NCBI GenBank assembly: GCA_017609605.1
Contig: JAFCDO010000006.1
Coordinates: 1 to 36,911, forward strand
DNA length: 36,911 nt
Direction: 5' to 3'
DNA from: Candidatus Parvarchaeota archaeon
GTDB taxonomy: Archaea; Nanobdellota; Nanobdellia; JAAOXT01
Position 1 is the first letter of the stretch. Every line of letters begins with the position of its first letter. The notes under the pieces were generated by a model that saw only the letters and a program-made list of their open reading frames with translations, was not told the DNA's origin and ran no database searches. Shown here one piece after another: positions 16,787 through 24,887 of this stretch. Both the position numbers and the translations under genes were made by a program.

Positions 16787-19255
16787 ATGAGGTTTTACGC
16801 TGATTTTCACTTGCACTCCAAATACAGTCGGGCCTGCTCTCATGTCATGGACATTCCTCATCTCGTAAAGTACGGGAAGATGAAGGGTTTGAACCTTTAT
16901 GGAACAGGTGACTTCACTCACCCGCAATGGTTTGAGCATTTGAAGGAAACACTGCGCGGCGGGGAAAACGGCATTTACGAAAGAGACGGCGTTAAGTTCG
17001 TGGTTAGTGGAGAAATCTCGCTCATTTACTCCCAAGGAGGTAAGGTTAGAAAAAATCACTTGCTAGTCATTCTTCCTTCGCTTGGCGCGGCAAGCCAAGT
17101 TAGGGACATGCTCGGAAAAATAGGGAATTTGAAAGCTGATGGCAGACCGATTCTCGGCATGAACTCAATAGACTTCACTGAGAAAGTCATTGAACTCGTG
17201 CCTGACGCCATGATAGTGCCAGCACACTGCCTGCCTGACTCGGAAAACATACTTACTGATATAGGTGTTCGATCAATAAAAAAAATAAGCAAAGGGAATA
17301 AAGTATTATCCCATTCCGGAAAATTTCGTAAAGTTATTGACGTGTTTAAGAGAAAATATACCGGAAAACTAAGACACATAATTCCTTTCTATTTCACAAT
17401 GGGAATAAAGACTACTCCTGAACACCCCTTTTTAGCTATTAAGACTTATAAAAAATGTTCATGGACGAAAGGCACCTGTAGAGAAAAGTGTTCTAAACTT
17501 AAAGAGTGCAAGAACAAATATTATTTAGAATACAAACCAGAATGGGTCCCTTGCAAAGAATTAGAGGTTGGAGATGTCATTCTCTTTCCCAGAATTACGA
17601 AGATAAAGGATAAAAAAATAATTAAAATAAGTGATACCTCTCCAGGCATTGTAAAAAATGATAAAATAAGATTAGATAATTCAAATGCAAAATCAATAAA
17701 TAATGTCATACGCGTTGATACTGAGTTCTGTAGGTTTATCGGGTATTTCTTAGCGGAAGGCTCTATAATGAAAGACGGCATTTCATTAACGTTTAGTGCT
17801 AAAGAAAAAGAATACATCAAAGACGTTGAATTATTAATAAAAAAAATTTTCGGGATTGAAATAAATAAAAAACGAATTAAAGGAAATAGTTGTGAAATAA
17901 TTATTTTTTCTAAAGTTTTAAAAAAATTTTTACACAAATTACTTTACAAAAATGGGCAAAAATCACCTAATAAAAGTTTACCTCATGAATTAATCCTTTT
18001 ACCCTATAATAAAATAAAACAAATTTTTCTCGGCTGGTGGCGGGGCGATAAAGGATATACCTCCTCAAGGGAACTAGCTAATGCTATGAAAATTATTTGC
18101 TTAAAATTGGGTATAATACCTTCCATTAGAATTGACTCAGCAGAAGCTCACACGAAAAGGGGCAATCACGTGTTTGAAGGAAGAATTATTGAAGCAAAAC
18201 AGGATTCATTACATTTTAGTAACCTTTCTTTTCATGAAGAGTCACTGGATTTATTAGAAGATCCAGTATTCCGAAAATTCAAAACAAAAAGAAACACGCG
18301 ACACGGTTGGGTTGATACTAATCATGTTTACTTGCCAATACTCAAAATACAAGATGAAGAGTTTAATGGACTTGTCTATAACTTAGAAGTGGAAAAAGAT
18401 AACTCTTATTGTAGCGAATTTGCTTGTGTTCATAATTGCTGGACGCCGTGGTTTAGCATGTTCGGGAGCATGAGCGGGTTTGACTCCATGAAAGATTGTT
18501 TTCAGGACCAGTTGAAGCACATTTTCGCCGTGGAGACCGGGTTAAGCTCGGACCCTGCGATGAACTGGCGGGTCAAACAACTCGACAACATGACGTTACT
18601 CTCAAACTCGGATGCTCATAGTCCTTGGCCTCACCGGGTTGGCAGGGAAGCCAACGTTTTTGAGTTCAAAGACTTGACTTATCAATCGTTATACAACACT
18701 ATTAAGCGCAAAGACCGTGAAAAGTTTTTGTTCACTATAGAGACAGACCCTGCTTACGGCAAGTATCATTGGGACGGGCACAGGGGTTGCGGCGTGTCAA
18801 TGCCTCCCGCCGAGTCTAAGAAGTTGAATAAGATTTGCCCGAAGTGCCATTCCAGATTAACTATCGGGGTGGAGCATAGGATTGAAGAATTAGCTGACCG
18901 CCCGAAAGGCTTCAAGCTTGAAGGAGCAATTCCTTTCAGAAACTTACTGCCTTTGGCGGAAATCATTTCCAAAGCGATAGGCAAGGGTGTGGGCACGAAA
19001 ACTGTTTGGAGTGCTTACGAGAAAGCTGTTCGCGAACTAGGGATGGAATACGGGATATTGTTAGACGTTCCGAAGCACGAGTTATCCAAGGTTTTGGGTG
19101 ACGATGTGGCAAAAGCGGTTTTGATGGTTCGCGAGAACAAAGTTCGAATCAAGCCGGGTTTTGATGGGGTTTATGGAGAAGCTGATTTCGGACAAAAACA
19201 CGAGAAAACTGTTTCTTCAAAACCTGCGCAGAAAGGATTAAACACCTGGCTCTAA
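16787..19255 (+). CDS. endoQ: Endonuclease Q (PHP family) precursor containing an intein
   Basis: ADFHLHSKYSRA, GTGDFTHP, PAH/CWTPWF, ETGLSSDP, SNSDAHS, GKYH, CPKC Zn finger, PGFDGVYG and PIP-like QKGLNTWL tail. Confidence 0.9.
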   Translation: MRFYADFHLHSKYSRACSHVMDIPHLVKYGKMKGLNLYGTGDFTHPQWFEHLKETLRGGENGIYERDGVKFVVSGEISLIYSQGGKVRKNHLLVILPSLGAASQVRDMLGKIGNLKADGRPILGMNSIDFTEKVIELVPDAMIVPAHCLPDSENILTDIGVRSIKKISKGNKVLSHSGKFRKVIDVFKRKYTGKLRHIIPFYFTMGIKTTPEHPFLAIKTYKKCSWTKGTCREKCSKLKECKNKYYLEYKPEWVPCKELEVGDVILFPRITKIKDKKIIKISDTSPGIVKNDKIRLDNSNAKSINNVIRVDTEFCRFIGYFLAEGSIMKDGISLTFSAKEKEYIKDVELLIKKIFGIEINKKRIKGNSCEIIIFSKVLKKFLHKLLYKNGQKSPNKSLPHELILLPYNKIKQIFLGWWRGDKGYTSSRELANAMKIICLKLGIIPSIRIDSAEAHTKRGNHVFEGRIIEAKQDSLHFSNLSFHEESLDLLEDPVFRKFKTKRNTRHGWVDTNHVYLPILKIQDEEFNGLVYNLEVEKDNSYCSEFACVHNCWTPWFSMFGSMSGFDSMKDCFQDQLKHIFAVETGLSSDPAMNWRVKQLDNMTLLSNSDAHSPWPHRVGREANVFEFKDLTYQSLYNTIKRKDREKFLFTIETDPAYGKYHWDGHRGCGVSMPPAESKKLNKICPKCHSRLTIGVEHRIEELADRPKGFKLEGAIPFRNLLPLAEIISKAIGKGVGTKTVWSAYEKAVRELGMEYGILLDVPKHELSKVLGDDVAKAVLMVRENKVRIKPGFDGVYGEADFGQKHEKTVSSKPAQKGLNTWL
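17228..18436 (+). mobile_element. Intein (403 aa) with LAGLIDADG homing endonuclease region
   Basis: Starts with CLPDSENILT (block A), has TPEHPF (block B), FIGYFLAEGS (LAGLIDADG 1) and VYNLEVEKDNSY (block F), and ends VHN followed by Cys+1. Removal restores PAH-CWTPWF. Visibly more AT-rich than the flanks. Confidence 0.95.
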
Positions 19256-20511
19256 AAAAAAATTTTCAGGGTTTGGTCAAGTTCTTGCAGTGCTTCCTCG
19301 CCCTTAACGTTCAAATCGTGTTTCAGGCATTGTGTTAACTGGATTCCTAGTTCTTCGCACGCTTTTTTCAGGGCTTTCCAGCTCTCGCTCTTAGGCTTGA
19401 AATAACCGAAAACTTTTTCGTATTCGTGAGCTGAAAGATAGCTCTTCACCCTTTGTTTGATTACCTTGATGTACAATTTCTTGACCTCTGGCGTTTCTTC
19501 TTTTTCAGGCCAGTCGTAAGAATTGAAAGGGTAATGGTCAGCGAACTCTTCTGGCACCACACCAGGATTTGAAATAGCAATTAAGTGTAAGTCCCTATAC
19601 TTGCGAGTGACTCGCTTGATGGCTCTCCACGTTCTGGAATGCGTGTAAGGCTTTTTGTAAGCGCATGGAATGAACAACGCGTAATTTTTTGAGGGCTCGT
19701 ACAAGCGCACGAGGTAATCTTGCCATACTTTGAAGTGCGGGTGCAACAACTGTTTTTTTGTAGCGCCAACAATTTTTTGCTTGGCTGGCTCGGGGAATCG
19801 GGGCTTAAAATCAAAGTTCGAGAAATCTGTTTGGATTTTCTTATTATTAGTGAATGGTTTGACCAACTCTTCGAACTCTTTTTTGTTAAGGGGTTTCCAC
19901 TCCCCTTTAAGCCATAATTCATTGATGGGGGCGTTGGCGTGCGGAAAAGTGTTTATGAGCACGATTTCGTCGGCGTGTTTGTCAGCGAACTCCACGCTTT
20001 GCTTCAAGCTCTTCTCAACGTTTTGGGCGAACGGAGGGTTGACTAATACGTAAACCTTAACTCCTGCTCCCCATTTTCTGAGAACGCGCACTGCGCGCAA
20101 AAAGTCCTTGTTCGTAAAACCTTTAGCCAATCTCTTTCTAAGCGCGTCATCACTGGTTTCCAAACCCATGGCTACAGTGAGTTTCAGGCCTTTGAACAAA
20201 TCCAGTTTTTCCTTAGTTACGAATTCTGGTCGGGACTCAACAGTAAGTTTCTTCACTCCTTTCTCCTTAACCAGTTTCACCAAGTACTTGAGAATCTTAT
20301 CAGAAAACTGTTTCTCGTCCAGGACCGAGCCTGAAGCAAATATTTTGACGTGCTTGCACGGCGTGTTCAACGCTTTATCCAAAGCGTTCTTGACGCAGTG
20401 AATGTCTACTTTTGATTCTAGTCTTCCCCAACCGCAGAAAACGCATTTTCCCCAGGAGCATTTGCCTGATGAGAGAATTAACGTTTTTTCACTCGTGTTT
20501 TTTGACTTCAT
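19252..20511 (-). CDS. Fusion of RaSEA-like radical SAM domain and ArcS catalytic (DUF5591-like) domain; predicted archaeosine synthase
   Basis: N-terminal half: CSWGKCVFC, VESRPEF, MGLETSDD, VKVYVLVNPPF, LW--GEWKP. C-terminal half: PCAYKKPYTHS, GVVPEE---YP--SYDWP. Confidence 0.82.
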   Translation of the reverse strand: MKSKNTSEKTLILSSGKCSWGKCVFCGWGRLESKVDIHCVKNALDKALNTPCKHVKIFASGSVLDEKQFSDKILKYLVKLVKEKGVKKLTVESRPEFVTKEKLDLFKGLKLTVAMGLETSDDALRKRLAKGFTNKDFLRAVRVLRKWGAGVKVYVLVNPPFAQNVEKSLKQSVEFADKHADEIVLINTFPHANAPINELWLKGEWKPLNKKEFEELVKPFTNNKKIQTDFSNFDFKPRFPEPAKQKIVGATKKQLLHPHFKVWQDYLVRLYEPSKNYALFIPCAYKKPYTHSRTWRAIKRVTRKYRDLHLIAISNPGVVPEEFADHYPFNSYDWPEKEETPEVKKLYIKVIKQRVKSYLSAHEYEKVFGYFKPKSESWKALKKACEELGIQLTQCLKHDLNVKGEEALQELDQTLKIFF

Positions 20512-20749
20512 TCAACAGGTCTTCTTTTTGCGTAACACCTATAAATCTTTTGACTTCTTCACCGTCTTTGAAAACAATTATGGTGGGAATGCTTTTCACG
20601 CCCATCTTTATCGCTTCTTGTGATTCGTCAACGTTCACTTTTCTGACTTTAGCTTCGCCTCCCAACTCTTTATCTAACTCGTCCATTATTGGTCCTTGAA
20701 TCTTGCAAGGAGGGCACCAGTCAGCGTAGTAATCAACAATTTCTATCAT
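20489..20749 (-). CDS. trxA: Thioredoxin (WCPPC)
   Basis: DYYADWCPPCK and GVKSIPT motifs; start at 20749 supported by a GGAGGTGA SD and an ATGA overlap. Confidence 0.93.
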   Translation of the reverse strand: MIEIVDYYADWCPPCKIQGPIMDELDKELGGEAKVRKVNVDESQEAIKMGVKSIPTIIVFKDGEEVKRFIGVTQKEDLLNEVKKHE

Positions 20750-21051
20750 AATATCACCTCCAAACATCTTTTCAAAAGTTTTTGTGATTCTTTTCTAACA
20801 ATTTTTTCGAGTTCTTTAGATTTTTTTGAGCAGTAAACATAATACCTTCCTTTTTTCTGGTCGCAGCACTCGCTTCTTCTATCAACTAAATCTTTTCTGA
20901 CAAGACTGTTCAAACTTTTTTGTATAACGCTTCTATCCTTGCACTTTTTTTTGGTTAGCTTGTTCGCTGTCGTGCACATCCCTTTTTTTATGGCGAACAA
21001 TACCTCAACGTCGGTCTTATTCAGTTCCATTAATCTTCTGAGCTCGTTCAT
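20746..21051 (-). CDS. TrmB-like winged-HTH transcriptional regulator, Cys-rich
   Basis: 'LNKTDVEVL...DRSVIQKSLNSLVRKDLVDR...GRYYVY' pattern; five cysteines in the domain including a CC pair in the wing. Confidence 0.82.
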   Translation of the reverse strand: MNELRRLMELNKTDVEVLFAIKKGMCTTANKLTKKKCKDRSVIQKSLNSLVRKDLVDRRSECCDQKKGRYYVYCSKKSKELEKIVRKESQKLLKRCLEVIL

Positions 21052-22124
21052 TTCTTCAACCTTTGCTTCGCGATTTCAAGAGCCGCGTCTCTTGAGTATT
21101 CTCCTTCTTTTACTCTGGTGAAGACTTCTCTTGTATTGTTAACTATTTTTTCCTTGACTGTTTTGAACATTTGTTCTTCGTCGCCTCCAATGTATTCAAT
21201 GTATGAGGATATGACTCCTCCTGCGTTAGCGAGAAAGTCGGGTACAACGTGAATTCCTTTATCCTGTAAGTTTTTCTCAATTTCTGGATGTATCGGTATG
21301 TTCGCTGCTTCCACTACAAGCTTGGCTTTAACTTTCTCCCAGTTTCCTTCATGGATGACGTTAGGTCGCGCTCCTGGAATCAAGATATCGACGTCAAGTT
21401 CGAACAATTCTTTGTTACCCCTTATTTCCGCGGGATAATCTGTGACTGTTCCCTTCTCTTTTTTGACGTGGATTAACTCTTTCACGTCCAAACCATCCGG
21501 ATTGTAAACCATTCCTTTAGAATCAGATACAGCAACTATTCTCACCCCTTTTTTTGATAAGAATTGGGCTGTGAAGGTTCCAACATTTCCAAAACCCTCA
21601 ATCGCAACGCTCGCCCCTTCCAACCGGATTCCCAAGACTTTACAAGCTTCTTCAGTGGCTTCAGCCACTCCAAAACCGGTTGAGCCTAGCTCGTGGGGCA
21701 GTCCCCCCATGCTTGATGGTTTGCCAGTGCAAGATTTAGGGTCTTTCAACTCGTCCGCGTAAGCAGCCATCTCCCGCTCCGTGGTGTTCATGTCAGGACC
21801 TGCAACATACTCTCCTGTTAAGTTCTTGAGTCGTCGAGCGAATGCGCGCAACAGCTTGTCCTTATCGGCGGTCTTGCTTGCTTTTATCCCTGCCTTCGCC
21901 CCGCCGAACGGGATGTCTGCGAGAGCGTTCTTCCAAGTCATGGCTCTAGCCAGGCCGAAAACCTCTTTAACACTTATATCAGGAACTAAACGGATTCCTC
22001 CTTTGCCCGGCCCGCGTAAAGTATTATCAATCACTAATACTCCTTCCAAACCTGCTTTGTAATCAGTGACGTAAACAATTTTTTCCGGACCAATCTCATC
22101 CATAAAACCTTCAAACTCTTTCAT
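21048..22124 (-). CDS. gdhA: Glu/Leu/Phe/Val dehydrogenase, probably glutamate dehydrogenase
   Basis: GPGKGGIR, LARAMTWKNA, PFGGAKAG, GPDMNT, TGKP, EGFGNVG and PDFLANAGGV motifs. Confidence 0.9.
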   Translation of the reverse strand: MKEFEGFMDEIGPEKIVYVTDYKAGLEGVLVIDNTLRGPGKGGIRLVPDISVKEVFGLARAMTWKNALADIPFGGAKAGIKASKTADKDKLLRAFARRLKNLTGEYVAGPDMNTTEREMAAYADELKDPKSCTGKPSSMGGLPHELGSTGFGVAEATEEACKVLGIRLEGASVAIEGFGNVGTFTAQFLSKKGVRIVAVSDSKGMVYNPDGLDVKELIHVKKEKGTVTDYPAEIRGNKELFELDVDILIPGARPNVIHEGNWEKVKAKLVVEAANIPIHPEIEKNLQDKGIHVVPDFLANAGGVISSYIEYIGGDEEQMFKTVKEKIVNNTREVFTRVKEGEYSRDAALEIAKQRLKK

Positions 22125-22126
22125 GA

Positions 22127-22147
22127 TTGTGCATGAAACTTGCACAA
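22127..22147. promoter_or_regulatory. Inverted repeat TTGTGCA-N7-TGCACAA, probable operator
   Basis: Perfect 7-bp arms between a TTAAATAT box (minus strand, ~22148-22155) and the gdh ATG at 22124. Confidence 0.65.
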
Positions 22148-22164
22148 ATATTTAAGTGTTTTGG

Positions 22165-23004
22165 TCAAGATAGCATTGATTCTATGCCTTGTTCGAGACT
22201 TATTTCTGGTTGCCAGCCGAGCTTTTTTATTTTGGTCGTGTCCGCGATTCTCGGGTCGGGAATTGTTTCTTTGGGTTTGTCAATGATTTCTGCATTGAAT
22301 CCTCCGATTCTGTTTATGGTTTCAGCCAGTTCAAAGAAAGTTGTTCCCGTTCCTGAACCAATGTTATAAACTCCTTCAGTTTTTTTTTCCATTAAGAACT
22401 TCATTGCTTTAACAATATCTTGAACATGGATTAGGTCTATTTGTTCTCTTCCGTCGCCGAATATGTCAATTTTTCCTTTTCTGGCTTTTTTTATGAAATC
22501 TGGCACGATTCTTTCCTGATGTTCTTGGCCTGGGCCGTACCCGTTGAATATTCGAGGAATGCATGTCGGGATCTTGTACTTGGAGCAAAGAGTTTCTCCA
22601 CGAATTTTTGAACGCGCGTAGTGGTGCTCATCCTTCCTGAAGGAGGAATCTTCTGTTAAAAGTGTTGGAGAAGTTTCGTATACAAGAGCTGATGAAGAAA
22701 ATAATATCCAAGAAACATTGTAAGCTGTGCTAGCCATTAGAACATTGTTTATTCCTGAAACGTTTTCTTTAACTGCGAGTTCTGCTTTTTCTATATTTTC
22801 TTTGGGAAAATCTGTTCTATGGGATTTCGCTGCGAAGTGAAAAACACGATCAACATCTTTTGTCGTGTTTATAGCGTCTTCAAGGTTTGTGACGTCCATT
22901 TCTTCGCTTGAAGGAGTCAGGAGTTCATAATCGGTTTCTAAGTGTTTAGTCAGGTGCTTGCCTATGAAACCATTCGCCCCAGTTATCAAAACTTTTTTTT
23001 TCAT
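22165..23004 (-). CDS. NAD-dependent epimerase/dehydratase (extended SDR)
   Basis: VLITGANGFIG, SSSALVY, YARSK, RIFNGYGPGQ and YNIGSG motifs. Confidence 0.92.
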   Translation of the reverse strand: MKKKVLITGANGFIGKHLTKHLETDYELLTPSSEEMDVTNLEDAINTTKDVDRVFHFAAKSHRTDFPKENIEKAELAVKENVSGINNVLMASTAYNVSWILFSSSALVYETSPTLLTEDSSFRKDEHHYARSKIRGETLCSKYKIPTCIPRIFNGYGPGQEHQERIVPDFIKKARKGKIDIFGDGREQIDLIHVQDIVKAMKFLMEKKTEGVYNIGSGTGTTFFELAETINRIGGFNAEIIDKPKETIPDPRIADTTKIKKLGWQPEISLEQGIESMLS

Positions 23005-23088
23005 CTTGTTTTTGAGAAATATTTTGTTTTTTAAAAGGTTTCGAAAATCGGCAGTGTTAAAAGTCATTCAGGAAATTACTTTTTTAGT

Positions 23089-23856
23089 ATGAAAAGAAGC
23101 TTGTATACAAGGAGTTCTGCGAAAAAAGAGTTGAACGAACTAATCGATGTGCTTCGCGTTGAAGAAAATTCTGTTAGTTTCAGGGAAAGTTTTTTCAGTG
23201 TTTGCCAGATTCTCTCTCAGCACTTGTTCTCTGAAGGAAGTTGTTGGGAAAATGATATTTTTCTGTATAATGGTTTAATCAAGGCCGGTAGAAGGTTCAC
23301 TCGGGGTTTTTATGAAGAAGGTCCGTTTATTAATTCTTATTTGAGCGAAGTGTTGAGTTTAGTTCCTGAAGATGTTTTTGGTTTAAAAACAGGTTTTGTT
23401 TCGAAAACCAGGCATTTAAGAATGGGGATGGGGTCTGCTTTCGATTTTTTAGAAAAGTTTCCTAAAGCTTTTGACGAGGAAGTGGATTTAGTTGTAAGTG
23501 TTGAAACTGGAGGTTTCGAGCCTTCTTGCTTTGCGATGAACTTAACAGGTTGTGATGAAGTTCTGCCTTTAAGGTTTTCACGGCTTTATTTACGGGACAC
23601 TGTTGTAAGAGTTCCTAACGGGTTATGTAAAGAATCGTTGAGTGATATTCTTAATGGGAAAAAGGTTTTGGTTATGGAGGACCGTATTAGTAATGGTCAG
23701 AGCATAAGGAACGTTATGGATTTTGTTAGTTTAAATGGGGCGAAGCGTGTTTTCGGAACTGCTTTGAGTTACACGACAAGAATTTTTTCAGGCCCTATTA
23801 ATTGTCCAGAGATTTCTATTGAATCTTACACTCCTTTGATTATGAGAATCACTTAA
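23089..23856 (+). CDS. Protein with a C-terminal type I phosphoribosyltransferase-like domain
   Basis: 'VVSVETGGFEP' and PRPP-loop variant 'GKKVLVMEDRISNGQSI'. Confidence 0.7.
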   Translation: MKRSLYTRSSAKKELNELIDVLRVEENSVSFRESFFSVCQILSQHLFSEGSCWENDIFLYNGLIKAGRRFTRGFYEEGPFINSYLSEVLSLVPEDVFGLKTGFVSKTRHLRMGMGSAFDFLEKFPKAFDEEVDLVVSVETGGFEPSCFAMNLTGCDEVLPLRFSRLYLRDTVVRVPNGLCKESLSDILNGKKVLVMEDRISNGQSIRNVMDFVSLNGAKRVFGTALSYTTRIFSGPINCPEISIESYTPLIMRIT

Positions 23857-23858
23857 TT

Positions 23859-24839
23859 TTAAGCGAGGCTGGGTATTGCTTTTTTGAAGTATTTCTTTAG
23901 AACTGTTAAGAATTCTTGGTTCATTTTTCTCGTGCCTATCCCGAATCTGAGCCATTCAGAAAGGTCGTAAGCTACTTTGAGGGATATTTCTTGTTTTTGA
24001 AGCCATTCCCTAAGCTCCTCTCCTTTACCGACTTTTATGCATAGGAACGTTGTTCTTGAGTCATGGACTTGTAAGCCGGACCCCCTTATTTTTTCCGCCA
24101 TATAATCTCTTTCTTCTTTGATTTTCTGCCAGTATTTGTGGTAGTATTGTTCGTCTTTTATCGCTGACATCGCTGCTTCGACTGCGAGCCCGTTGACTTC
24201 GAATTTGAAGTAACTCTTAGTTTTTTCGATTATCTTAGGGTTGGCTATCGCGAACCCGAATCTTAGGCCTGCGAGGCCGTGAGTTTTTGAAAAGCTTCTG
24301 AGAACTATGAGGTTAGCGTATTCTTTTACCCATGGAAGAACTGTTTCGCCGTGATAGTTGAAGTAGCATTCGTCAACGCATACAAGGCAGTCAACAGATT
24401 CTATGATTTTTCTCAAAACGTTTAAGTTGGTGTACCCTCCTGTCGGGTTGTTTGGGTTGGATAGCCATAGAATTTTAGCGCCTTTGCAGGTGTTGATTAC
24501 TTTTTCGTATGGGATTTGAAAATTGTTTTGGAAGCAGTCTACTTTTTCAATGAATGCCTTGTTTCTAAGAGCTTGAACCGCGTACATTGGAAAATCTGGT
24601 TTTAAAACGACAACTTTGTCTCCTTCCTGCAGAAGGTCTTGTGATAAAATGGTTATCAGTTCGTTTGAGCCGTCGCCGACAAGAATCCAGTTTTCGGGGT
24701 AGCCCGTGTATTCCTGAAGGGTTTGGTAAAGTTTTTCGTAGACAGGGTAATTATTAACTTTTGAAGCGTTCTCTTTTATTGTTGAAATCACTAGTGGAGA
24801 GATGGGGAATTTGAATTCGCACAGTCTTAAGTCAAGCAT
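23859..24839 (-). CDS. PLP-dependent class I/II aminotransferase, HisC-like
   Basis: GDGSNE, SNPNNPTG, VDECY and RSFSK-HGLAGLRFG motifs. Confidence 0.9.
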   Translation of the reverse strand: MLDLRLCEFKFPISPLVISTIKENASKVNNYPVYEKLYQTLQEYTGYPENWILVGDGSNELITILSQDLLQEGDKVVVLKPDFPMYAVQALRNKAFIEKVDCFQNNFQIPYEKVINTCKGAKILWLSNPNNPTGGYTNLNVLRKIIESVDCLVCVDECYFNYHGETVLPWVKEYANLIVLRSFSKTHGLAGLRFGFAIANPKIIEKTKSYFKFEVNGLAVEAAMSAIKDEQYYHKYWQKIKEERDYMAEKIRGSGLQVHDSRTTFLCIKVGKGEELREWLQKQEISLKVAYDLSEWLRFGIGTRKMNQEFLTVLKKYFKKAIPSLA

Positions 24840-24887
24840 TTAAGGGAGTATATCATCGTACTTTGTATTATTTATTTGTTTTGCAGG

